Below are positions 37,688-49,669 of a stretch of 64,000 nt of DNA, in pieces; the first letter of the stretch is position 1, and each line of letters starts with the position of its first letter. The notes under the pieces are model-generated. The model was not told the DNA's origin and ran no database searches. It saw nothing but the letters and a program-made list of their open reading frames with translations. Location of the stretch: positions 1-64,000 of the forward strand of contig RSEE01000129.1 of NCBI GenBank assembly GCA_003971905.1, given 5' to 3'. A program made the translations under genes and the position numbers. This stretch comes from Moniliella sp. 'wahieum' (Eukaryota).

Positions 37688-39417
37688 CCCCCGAGCGGGA
37701 CTAGTGACTAGTGACTAGCGACTAGCGACCTAGTAACCGGCAGCCGGGAGCGGAGGATGGGGTGAGGCGGTGACCGTTGACCGGTGAGGCAGGGTGCGGC
37801 GGCCGAGCCAGTGGGGCAGCGGCGCAGGCAGGGCGGCAGCCGGCGAAGTGGCTGCGACCCACACTCGCTGGGTGCGCGCCTTGAGCCTCGCACGGCGCCA
37901 GTGTCAGCGGGGCAGTGCAGCGATCGCCGCATTCACGACAAGCGCGAGAACGAGGCAGGGCGCCTGTCTGCGGGGCAGCCCATGCGGCGCGTGCTTTGCC
38001 ACTGCGCCCCGTGGGGGTCCATGCTCAAGCACTGGGCGGGGACTGGCGTGGGCCCAGCGTTGGTGCGCCCAGTGGCACCGCGTCCAGGGCCCAAGGCCAA
38101 GCCCAGAAGCAGCAGGCACAGGAGAGGCCGCTGCTGGCGCTGACAATCATCGATCAGCAGCGCTTTCAGTCTGCAGCATCGAGTATCCCCGGCCATCTAG
38201 AACGCTCGTCGATCCCCCGATACTACAGCAGCAGAGAGCCTGTGTGCATAAACGCTCGGCGCCAAATGTAAAACCCCCAGTAGCAGCACGCGCCTGCAAG
38301 CGCCCCTGTGCACACACCCAGACCAACAGCTGATCCACGCCAGTCTCACCATTGCATCATCGAAGTTGCGCCGTGCGCGTGACCGCGTGACCAGTAACTA
38401 ACTGGTAACCCGAACGGTAACGCGTAACGCGTAACGGGAGTCGATAACCGACGTCGGCCATGGCCGGCATGACCAGTGATCGTGATCTCTCCTGACTAAA
38501 AGAGCTAGGTAGCTGATCACGAGCTCGGAGAGGGTGAACGCAGTGCGCGAAGTATCGAGTGAAAGCAATGTCGGTCGGAGAGAGAAGACAGATAGGGGAA
38601 GCGAACACAGGAGCGCAACGGAATGTGAGTAGGCGTGTGAAAATTGAAAGGGCAACGTGCGTTAAACGTTAAACGTTAATCCAGGCATCGCAGACAGAAG
38701 GTCTTTCTAGGAAAGCTAAGTTATCATCTCCACAACACACCACTACAGCGCTCAAAGTCGTCAACTACAGCCAGACGCATTGAAGCAAAGCCCACAAAAC
38801 AAACAAGCAGGAATGCAGATGGACACATCAGGTTTGCGAGCTTCTAGGATCAACGTTCTACGTTCAACGAGGTAATGAGTAGTAGACCAAGGTGACGAAG
38901 GGGAAGTACAGCAAGCATCTCCTGCCTCCAAGGCAGACACCTGACGGTGCGTGGCAAGAGAGGGATGGTGAAGAATGAGAATAACGAATGAACGAAAGGG
39001 GGACAATAGATCGCAAAACGATCCTCCAAAGGCGAGCAATAGAGTAGCGCCGGTAGAGGCTGGACTGGGCGAGGTGGGGAGGGGTACAGCCTCGCCAGCC
39101 TCGTTGAAACAAAGTGGGAGTGAGGGAGAGCACTTGCCATGCGACGTAAGGTTGACTGGGAAGAACGATGACTCGTCGCAAAAAAAACGAGACGCACAAA
39201 AGGGAAAATGACCAAGGCAAGTGAATCGCTGAAAGGGGATCCATACAAACCGGGGACCCTGGGCTGTAAGGCAGGATAATGAACCAGGTCGAGACAAATG
39301 GAAACAAGGCGCCAAGACGAATCAGGAGCAAAGGAGGATCAAAAACACCCACTCCTCCGCACCGAGCAGAAGAACAGACGGTGAAAAGAACCAATCGCAA
39401 GAGAGGGATGCCGGGCA

Positions 39418-40615
39418 CTAATATGAGAATGGACAAAATCGGATCAATGGGCCATACTCAAGCCGAAGGATAAGGGTACCAATAAATGACGCTAACTCGA
39501 CGAGCGCATCTGAAGTGGCATCGTAGGCATGGCCATCATCAGGCATCGTGAAGGACGAGAACATGTCGAAGTTGGTCGGCATGGGGTTGGGGGGGCTCGG
39601 AGCCAACGACGTTGGGCTCAAAGTGGTGAGGGCCACCGGGGAACCCGACAATGGCGAACCAGCGGGAAACTCGGAGTGACTGAACGGCGACGATGTTCCG
39701 GGCGAAACCGACATTGACATCTGTTGGAAAAACATTGAACCATTCATGTCTGCAGACACCTCATTCGAAGTGGAAAAGGAACCCGCAGCTACCGTTCCGT
39801 ATTGGCCCGGGATGGCTGTAGGTACCGTCTCGGGTTTGGTGACAATGGACTGCGAAGAGAATGGAATGGGGGCTGCGGCTGCCGAAGAAAAATCGTCGAC
39901 AGGAATTGTACCGTCATCGTACTCAGCTAGACCAAACTCGTCAGCCGCAGAGTCAATGCCATCCAAACCCGAAAGGCCACCTGTGCTCTTGCGCCCAACG
40001 ATGCGAGCCGTAGGCTTGTCCTTAGGAACATCCGCCAGCGCGACTGGGAGTACGAGTTCCGGAACAGTCTCAATATAGTTTGTAGACCATTAGCAAGGCG
40101 ATATTCGTTGAGCTGCTCCGTTAGCACACGGGTGCGGTCGTGCAACTCGACCACCAATTTGCGGTACATGGCCTCCTGCGCAAGCGAGTCGGCAACAAAT
40201 TGAAGAGAACGGTTCACAATGAGCAATTTGGAGGGACGGCGGACCTCTGAGATGGATGGGATCTTTGAGGCCAGGTCCTGATAGGGATGATGGGGAATGA
40301 TGTGGTTAGCACAGATCGATGAAAGGAAGCTCAAGGACATACCAAAAAGCGCTGGTTCAAACTGTCACGGCGAGCACGCTCAATTGCATTGTGGTTCGCC
40401 CGCTTCTCCGGATTGCCCTTGCGCTGCAACACAGCCGAAGTGGCGCTGCTCACACGGCGAGGAGGTTGCTTGGGGCGGCCAGATGCGGGGGGGGAAGGGC
40501 GACGGCCTGCAGCAATGGCCGCGACAGTGGCGGTGGACGGAGCCTGCCTCATCTTCTTCGATTGAGGTTGCTGCGGAGCCGCAAAGAAATGGGGGGGAGG
40601 GGGGAGGACAGCCAT
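39418..40615 (-). CDS. bHLH transcription factor
   Basis: EKRANHNAIERARRDSLNQRFL, intron ~40279-40343, DLASKIPSISEVRRPSKLLIVNRSLQFV, then a coiled coil and Ser/Pro-rich tail. 3' end approximate. Confidence 0.88.
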
Positions 40616-42645
40616 CGTGTTGAGACAGTCAAGAGGAGAAAAGGAGGAGTGGAAAGGGTGGAGAGAAGGGGTTGATGTAAGGTCGCTGGAGAGTCCAGGA
40701 GTACACCGAGCCAGTCAAGAGATCGTCGCGCCCGAAGGGGAGATCAATCCTGCAGTCTACAAGGTGACGAAGGTTGGGAAAGAAGGAGGGGGGAGGCGCC
40801 GAGCCGTACTTTAGCGAAAGTCGTCTGCGAGGCGGAGCTGAGAAGGGATAGCAAGCAAGGTTAATATCCAGCGTCGAGGCTCACGGTGCAAAGAGTCCCG
40901 CCATTGTCACCCTCGTGGCATCCATTCACCACAACCACTCATAGCGCTTCAGCAGCAGCAACAGAAGCGGGATGCGGGCGAACAGCAAGGCCAGCGCGGG
41001 CGCCAGAGGCACGACTGCCACCAAGCACCTTGGGGGGATAGGCTACTCACGAGCTGGTGGTGAGGAAGGGAAGGGCAGGAACGGCATGCCACCCAGAGAA
41101 CGGGAGGCACAGAGGGGGGGGCAGGACAGGCATGGGACCAGTGTGCGGCTGACTTGGGGCGCGGGAGCGGGGCCGAGGGACGACAGGGGATGGCAGGCTA
41201 CGGCAGCTCGCAGGGGGAGACTGCGCTGCCGGATGATCGATGAAACTGAAGCTTGAAGGGGGCAATGCACACAGGCGCCGAGCAGAAGCTCATGGCCGAA
41301 CTCCAAGGGCAGTGCGCTGGTGCCTGCTGGGGCAGCGCTCGCGCCTCCTCAGGCGTCAGGACGGAGACGCCGTGGGACGGCAGCGGCGCTCCGCCTGCCT
41401 GCCTGTGCCCGCGTGTACCTCGGCCCCATAGCCCTGGGGCCTGGAATGGGCCTGAGAAGTCACAGTGACTAGGGACTAGGGATTAGTGACTGAGTAGTAC
41501 GAGCCTCGATAGTGATGGGGACGGGTGGCCGCCACCGGTGACCGCCCGAGTAGGGAGTGTCGCTATAAATAATCACCAGCGAGAAGAAAGGCGTGGGGGC
41601 ACTGTGTTGGATATGATAGCAGACGCTGTGGCAGGCAAGCATACTCATGCACTCATGACACTGCCCCGCGGCAGGCGGTCCGGCCCCAAACTAAAGCCCT
41701 CACCGGCACCTGGCCTCACCAGCTCACTCACTATCAGTCTGACTAGTACTGCCCTGCCCTTGCGCGTTCTTAGCTCGGCTCAGCCTGAGCGCTCAACGGA
41801 AGAGGCACAGGGGGAAGTGACCCACTCGGCAATGCACTGCGGCGGTATCGGGGTTAGTTTGTGTTCGAGTGCGCGCTTAGGATTTCGCCATTGCGAGTGC
41901 ATATCCTGGTGCGTGCTCGGTGAGGTGCTGAGACCATCAGGTGCTTCGTCCGAGCGAAATGTTTGCTACATCAGCCATAGGACCTAGGGGCAGATGTGCT
42001 TAATGTGCTCAATCTGCTCGTCTAGCTGCCACTATGCGCTACGCCAGAAAGAGCCTTTACTGTCCAGAATAAGATGATTGCGGTCCTCTACTGCCGCCTT
42101 CCGACGGCACAGGATTGCGTGGTGAAAAGGTATCACGACAGATTGTGGTTTCATGATCGTACAGCTCCACGAGCTCTGTTATTCTCAGTTCGATTCTGGG
42201 CGCAGTCATTCTTTTCTGTTTTGCTCTTTTTTCATAGCACTTGGTCTCCCCGCCGTCCTTAGCTTGTCCTTCGCGGATGGCAGAGCAGCTATTGGTTGGA
42301 GGCAGTTTCGAGGTAGCAAGTATAGCTCAGCCTCAGCGCTCAACCGGAGGAACATGCATCATGCACCCCACTGCTCTCCCTTCATGTCATGTCATCATTG
42401 GCGACTGACTGCGGTTGTGAGGCTCGCTCCGATTTCCTATTCTGCATTCCGCACATCTCGCTCTCTTTTTCCGTTTCCCCATTTGCCCATGTTCCCTGCC
42501 CGACGCCGCAAGACGCCTCTTGTTTCTTCCCCGAACGATCGCACCATTCTCCCTCTTTTCTGACTGGACATTGGTCTCTCTCGCTTCGACCCGATTGTGT
42601 TAACTATTATCGTTCATCACTCTCATCCGGCGAGCCCGACCAAGA

Positions 42646-44244
42646 TGTCCGCGACCCCCAACCAGCAGGATCGCAGTAGTAACCCTGCCAGTAACCCTCT
42701 CGTTCTGTGCGGGGCCCCGTGCGCGTTGGGCGCCTCGGATGATGGTGATGGTGGCGGAGGGAGGTATTGGCGGTGGCGGGGAAGCGAAACAAGGCGCCCC
42801 GGCTAGCGCAGCCCCGATGGCTCAAGACCCTTCTCTGGCGGCTGTGCCCCCTGCTACCGCAATGGCGCTGGACGAGCTGCAGGCAGAGAAAGGCCGCGAA
42901 GACTGGGCCTATGAGGCCGAGAAGATTCGCGACGATAGGGCCCACATTCAGTTCCGGCGGGAGGCCATAATGTTGGAGGAGAAAAGGGCCGAGGCCACAG
43001 CGGCCGTGGAGATGTTGCAGCTGTCGCAGATGACTCAACAGCCAGCGCGCGCCGCTCCTAATAGCGGTGGCTCTGTCAATGAGCAACGCCCCGCCTTTCC
43101 CAGGGCCGAGCCCGCCGCGTCCCAACCTGCACCTACATCTCGAGACCTGGAGATGTTTGAACCGGTCCATTTCCGCCCGTCTTCCAGTGCCCACCCCAGC
43201 AAGAGCGACCGGACTTCGGCTGAAGAGGTGGTTACTTCCTTCGAAATATACGCTCGCATCGCCCTTGGTCGCCAGCTGACGATGAAGAAAAGATCGACTG
43301 GTTCATGGGATTGATGCAGGGTGGAGCTCTTCAGTAGATCCGGCAGTATGGCTCGGAGCTTGAGCTACCTCTCAATCGACGCACCTCACCTGAACTCCAG
43401 TCGTGGCCGGCCTTTCGGGCTGCATTCTTGGCATATTGGGGTGAACGCATCCCGCAGCACGCCCTACAGCGCGGACAATGGGAAAGAGGCCCAGGTCGCG
43501 AAAGTCCAGGCTGTGGGAGTAACGATAGGTGCGCAAGTATCCATTGCGACGGAGCAACACTGGGTGGCCAGTCTCCAAAGGGATTTGTCGGTGCGACATC
43601 AAAGAGCGTGGAACCGAAACCGCACATATTCTACAGCGGTCCGCTTATCTGGAATATCGGGCGCTGAGCCAGGAGGGGTCAGCATCTGACTATGCCGTCC
43701 AATTGTACGACTACTGCGGTGCTGGAGCCCTAACGCAACTCACGAGCAGTTCTATTGGGGCTTCCTTCATGGGCTCCAACCGCGAGTGCGGGACGAACTT
43801 GCCGCTCGTGGTGAGGCCACACATGTCGACCGAGTGTCATTTGAACAGCTGGCCACGGCGGCCATCGACATCGACGAGTCCTTGAGCTTGCGCAGTATAC
43901 CCGAGCCAGTGGGCAGTACCGACGTCGATCCGCAGATCATCACAGCGAGGGCGGTGCGATATCGTCAGCGGAGGGCGCAGGGGTCCTGCTACTACTGCGG
44001 TTCCCGGGAACACAACATTTCTCACTGCCGCTTGCGAGCTCATTACCGCCTCTCCAGTCCGGATGACTGTCATCCAGCGGGGCTGGAGGTGGGACCCGCC
44101 CTTTTAGTTAGAGGTATGAACTTACGAACGTTTCGACGGCCAATCGGAGACGTGTACGGTATATCTGGCTTTTCAAACGCTGAAGTGACCGTGGCACATA
44201 TGGTAGGGAAGTATAGGATGTTTACAGAGGTTACAATAAGCTAA
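42646..44244 (+). mobile_element. Ty3/gypsy-like gag remnant
   Basis: Coiled-coil N-terminus, capsid-like segment (LSQEGSASDYAVQ; FxHGLQPRVRDEL; EQLATAAIDIDE) and CCHC knuckle CYYCGSREHNISHC. No pol follows. Confidence 0.75.
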
Positions 44245-44310
44245 AGCACAAGCAAGGTCGCTAATATTTAGGTGCAGTCGGTGCACTGCGGACAAAGGGC
44301 TTAGCCACGA

Positions 44311-46441
44311 CTAATAGGTGCAATGGCTACCGCTTTCAACTGAAAGAAAAGTGAGCTCCGCCAGGCCGTGCGTCGCTAGTAGGACTGTGCCTAATGGCCC
44401 AATAAGTCGAAGATTTGAGGGATGCATGGTGCTCCGCCTCGAAAAACTCATCAACCATATTGTTTGTGGGATCCAGGAGATGTGTAGCTCTTCCGCGACT
44501 AGCCTTCGTACATCTCCACGTACATCTCCCAGAGGTAGGGTCTGAGCCGTAAGTTGGCGCTGGCAACCAAGTCGTAGGTTCGGAGCCGGAAGCCGTCCCC
44601 TCTCATTGTAGCAAATAGACTGCCGACGAGGTGCACTTGGCATCCTCGATGGGCAATGCATCCGCCTTACGATCGCGTACAACGGTACGGGGGAAGAGGT
44701 ACCCTTGCTCAATCACAGAAGTTCGAAGGCTCGGGCGACTGGTCGTCAGAGAGTAGACACGTATCTGCTTTGCACCACCCGCAAACGAGTAATCCAGCGC
44801 AATGCAGAGACTTTCAAGGGTTAACACACTGGCGCGACCATCATCCACAGATAAACGGAGAAGTTGATTTACCGTCAAAGAAACAATGGACATAAACCGA
44901 GCGCATGTTCCGTCGTCCAGATTGAGCAACACAATTCGCCCCCCCGCATATGCAATCAACAAAACTCGGTACTTGCTATCCAGGCCCATACTAATCGGCG
45001 GATGCGTGTACTTCGCAGATTGAGGCAAATTGTGGGCTAGTGTTTCACGTAGGGAGGAGAGACTGAGGGCCTCCCTCACATAAGCCAGGGGGGTCCTTCC
45101 TCTCCTCTCCCGGATGGTGTCAAATACAACCCTCGGTGGCCGCGGCCAGTACGTGCTGCTGTCGTCACTGTCACTAGCCATGGCCCAGCCATTGCACGAC
45201 GCCTCCATGACAAGTGGCTCGTACCACTTTGAAGAAAAAATACCTCCAGCCTTTGTTGGTAGTGGAGGGGGCTCGTCCACCTCCCCCGTAGGAAATCAGT
45301 CCCAAGCAAAGGGACTTATTCCACTTTCCATCGCCAGATTCCGTTACGCGAAAAACAATGAATCGCGCTCCGATTCTCAGCGTCAAGTACCCGCAATGCA
45401 TCAGAGTCCCGAGAATATTCCTCACCGTTGCCACGTACACCCGTTCGGCATCATGGGTAAAGGTGGCCACCCTCCCTTCTAATGCCTCGTTGAGAAGGGG
45501 ATGAAGCACGATGCTGTTTCCACTTTTCAGGTCGTAACAGATCACCTCCTGGCTCGCTTCCGGGGACACCAAGAGCAGGTCCTCCCCAAGCTCAGCCTGG
45601 GTGTAGTGCAGGCAGGCCATCTCTTGCGGCAAAGGAACTGGGTCAGTGTCCATCCCTTTCTTGGAACCACAGGTCGGTACAACTGACCTGGTGCCTCCGG
45701 AGCAAAACTGAAGAGGTATTGCGAGGTAACACAAACATCTTCGCCCACTTGGAGATCCCGCGTCCACAGCACATCTAGCGAATCCAGATTGAGTGTTGTT
45801 ACCCGGCTTCCCTTGGAAATAAGCGCCAAAATACGATGCGACCGAAGAATCCGCATCCTGGTGTCAGCATTGCTAGGGTGGACGTCGTGGACGAGTTGCT
45901 GGAACCGCTGTACCGGCACCACAGCAATACGACCCTTTTTACCATGAGGTAGGCGACCAAGATAGTATTGTTGCAAATAATCGACCTGGACGAGTGCCTT
46001 CCAATTGCGCGCAAAATGCATATAACCTCCTGTTTCGTCCTCATATTGAACTGCCTCCAGTGAGGTATCGGGTGGAACAAAAGTTTGGTGTGCACGTGTG
46101 CTCCAAATCTCGTCCGAGTCGAGCAAACGATTGAGAAATGGCTGGCCTGGCTCAATGTTGCTAGATCTTTGACAGACACAAGGGGACTAGAGAGGATCTG
46201 CGCGACAATTTCAAGAGGCAGACGGACTGAGGAGAATCATAGGAGTAAGAGTGTGCTGTTTTTGCCCCTCGATTATCTTTTGCGGCTTTGGAACACTTCT
46301 TTGGCTCATCCACATGTCTTCCGAATGGAGCAAGCAGTGGAGGTCTTGGCTGGCCTTGCTTAGTGCAGGTAGATCTTTCAATTCATGGGGGCTGGAAAGA
46401 ATCTGTGCGACAATGCAAGACGGTAGACGGAGGAGGATCAT
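44311..46441 (-). CDS. F-box protein with two tandem F-box motifs (frameshifted)
   Basis: MILLRLPSCIVAQILSS..KDLPALSKAS..LLHSEDMW and, 67 codons later, MILLS.RLPLEIVAQILSS..KDLATLSQAS..LLDSDEIW, followed by a long C-terminal region in several frames. Confidence 0.7.
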
Positions 46442-46884
46442 TTGGTGAGGATATATATGAACGTGTATACCACAGTTTTGGTTTGTTATCGACGACCGTT
46501 ATTGTTGTTTTGCACAAGTCCTCTTCGTGGCTCGAGTTGGGTTTAAGACGAGGTAGGGTGGTGGAGGGGTTGTTTTGGCTTGGTTTTGTCGGTGCAGGAG
46601 AGGAGGCAATGGGAGGGAGAAGCGTGGAACGTCAGCTGCCCTCTTTTATATCCTCACTACTTACAGTTGTCCTCTCAGCCTCCTCTCCTCGGATTTGCCC
46701 CTTCCATTCTATAGACAGCAACAAAAAGAGTCACGAGGGGGGTTCTCAGATGCAAAAACAGCTCACACCTCAAGGGTGCATGAACTCTCTCCGCTTAGGT
46801 CAGAAGTCTGTGCACGTCTCATGTTATTGGGCGCTCCGGTCATCTCAATTCTCATCGAAGCACACACGCCACTCCCACAACACT

Positions 46885-47647
46885 TGTGAGTAAGAGTCAC
46901 TACTCAGCACGGACCACACTTGCCTCGGATATTTGCCGCGGAGAGCCAGGACAGGACGGGACTTAGCGGTACGAAGCTTCGTATCCGTCGCATCCGGTCT
47001 TGATAGAACTCCACATCGACTGCGACCCACAGGATCGCAGTCTGGGAAGAACAGGCCGCCCTTTACCTTTTACTACTGTAGATTCCCCTTTCTTCTGTTG
47101 ATGCCTGTTCTGATGTTACGGTATATAAGCAACCCGGTCTGAGGCTTGCTGGCGGTGATCCTCACCGCCCAACCCACGTCTACCCCCGTCTATTACCCAC
47201 TTCTATACCCCCGACTTCCCTCTTTACTCTTCAATCTTCACCCTTATACGCTTACGAATTTACGACTTACGTCGAGCACTCTGCAAGCCGCGGTTACTCT
47301 CATCAGTAGCGCTTGCTCTTCTAATTTAGGACTCTGTCTGTTCCCGCCAACTACAGCGTACCAAGTGTGGTAACGCCGCGAGGAACAGAGTAACTTCGGA
47401 GATCCTGGACCCCTTCAATTGGTCTTACGACGTACGAACACGGCTCCTACCTCGGAGGGTCTGAGGTGCGGCCTTTGCACGCAGGCAGCCACCCAAACTA
47501 GAGGGTTTCTCCCTTGCCTCTACGTACACCCGCTCGGTTCAACGTTCAACCAGGATCTGAAGCAGGACCTATATAACGTACGTAACTCTAATGCCATGTC
47601 CAAGGGCTTTCACCCCGAGACGGAGCTCGACCCATGATATCTCCACA
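46885..47647 (+). mobile_element. Solo LTR-like repeat, copy B
   Basis: TGTGAG...CTCCACA ends and TATATAA at ~47123. Collinear similarity to 27633-28570 but lacks the ~240-bp internal segment of copy A. Confidence 0.65.
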
Positions 47648-47849
47648 CAAATGCTGATACCAGAGGAGAAACGATCACTGCCGCACTAAGAGAGCAACAG
47701 CTGATGAATACAACAGATGAAATACAATAGAGTAACTAATACTTGACTGATGTTACTCACGAACCTACTAGTATATGGGTGACCATCATAGGGGACATGT
47801 GGATGTGTATACTCTACACTTTCACCTTGGGGTGCTGACGAAAAGAGTC

Positions 47850-48500
47850 CACGGAGCCCGAGAGAGGATGATCTGTGCGATTTATGGACGAAGTGCCCTC
47901 CCCTCTTCCCCCTTTCGTAGTGTGGAATCCGAATAACACGGCAACCACATTCACATACGCATTGTTCTCCTGGTTGCCACTGTATTATCCACAACGCAAC
48001 ACCAGCAAGTTCATGACTGCCAGGTGGTTGGGCTCCGGACGCACCGATGCCCGCGGGAGTGTACATCACACAGGAGTCGCTGTACCACCCCATATAGGAA
48101 GGATATAGAACACGCTGCCTGTGACCGGCAACGGCAGATGGCCGAAAGCCCAGTCGAGCCCATCCTCTCTCCTTGAAGAAGTGAGCTCTCGCGAGGCCGT
48201 GCGTCGCCAGGACTGCCTGATGGCCCAAAAAGTCGAAGAATTGAGGGACGCATTTTTGTGCTCGGCCTCGAAAAAGGCGTAAAAGACGTAAAGACGTATC
48301 CCGCACCGTTGAGCAAGAAAACAGAACTGATCTGGTCAGTAACCGGCAACCCCGCCCCTGTAGTACTCACTCGTAGATGTACTTTCTATCTAGCAGAGGT
48401 ATATATGCTTGATCAAAGATCAGGCCTGGCTTTGTCTCCTCTTCTAAGCACTCTGGAGAGGCCAGCGAATGGTTACCTTCTGCCATATGTTCGCGAAACA
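47850..48500 (-). pseudogene. Paralog fragment of the F-box gene C-terminal region
   Basis: 48175-48276 resembles 44342-44447 (GTGAGCTC..AGGCCGTGCGTCGC..AGGACTG..AAGTCGAAGA.TTGAGGGA). Peptide AVLATHGLARAHF versus TVLLATHGLAELTF. Confidence 0.5.
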
Positions 48501-49669
48501 GCACGCTGGTGATGATGTTCTGGAGACTAGTAGTGCTCTCTACATCTCTCCACTACTAGACCCACCTACTACAACAGGCCCATAACCAACATTTCATCCA
48601 AAGGCGGGTACAGTAGTGACGCTCTCCAAAAGCTATTTGAATACGGTGCGTGAAGTCAAGCTCCTATAACCACCCTCTACTAACATCGTTCAGGTCCCGG
48701 GGAGCTTGAACTGCCTCCGTGGCAACCAACCGCGCACGATCGAAACTTGAAGGTCTACTTTCTGAGTTTCTGTTAGTACGAAGAGAGCTCCTCCTCTAGC
48801 GCCTATTATTGCTAAGGAGCGCATTCGAATCCTGGGACGTACTGGCCGCGCATCATCACACGCCGCTCTCCTCGCAGTATGGCCGACATGGCGACTGATT
48901 CAACTCTATTAACTCCACCCAGCCTGCTCTTCAAGCGCCTCTGTCTCTACGCCCCAACCGACATTCCCTTTTGAGGGGGAAATGAGACGTGTCTTGCAAA
49001 TTCCCAACTTGTAGGACGAGTCTGCCCTGTACTCCGTCTTGCTGTGGACCAGAGCCTCTGTTGTCCAGCGCTAACCACTGCAACGCCATTTTCAGCGTCA
49101 CCACTGTCCCCCCATCCGGGCACAAATTGACGTACGCCGTTGCCGCTCCGTTTTCGCCCAGCAGACTATCTAACTGTTTTCGCGCATCGCACCGCAAGCT
49201 ACCTGCTGGACTGGTCGAGTGCATGGGGGAATTTCTATAGTAGGGCATTGCGGATATGCATCTCTTGCAAGGGAACCCCGAAATCTGGACCGCTTTGGGT
49301 GTGACATGCCAGTGACCCGTGCGCAACTCACCCGCACCCGCCACGCCATGCCCAAGGAGTCCGGGCGCAAGCCGAAGAGGAGAGGCACTGAGCTAAGAAG
49401 AGGGGTGCGGTGAGGCAGGTTAGCCCATTGGGCGGCTGTGTGTGCGTGAGTGGGGCGAGGCATTGCAACTACGATCTGCACTACATCTCCTTTTTCAGGC
49501 ACACACAACTAACAACTCTTCCGGGCCCATCTACATACTTAGCAGTCCGTCCATCCCAGAGAAACGACACCAACCATTGTGCAACTTGCATTCAAGGACA
49601 CGTCTCCATGCGTGTGTCACCATTAGAAAGTGGGCTACATCCCACAGAGCAAAGTCACAGTTACCGCAG

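Noticed and set aside
27633..47647. One giant LTR element bounded by the two repeats
   Set aside because: The copies are too diverged, no TSD is seen and conserved host genes lie between them.
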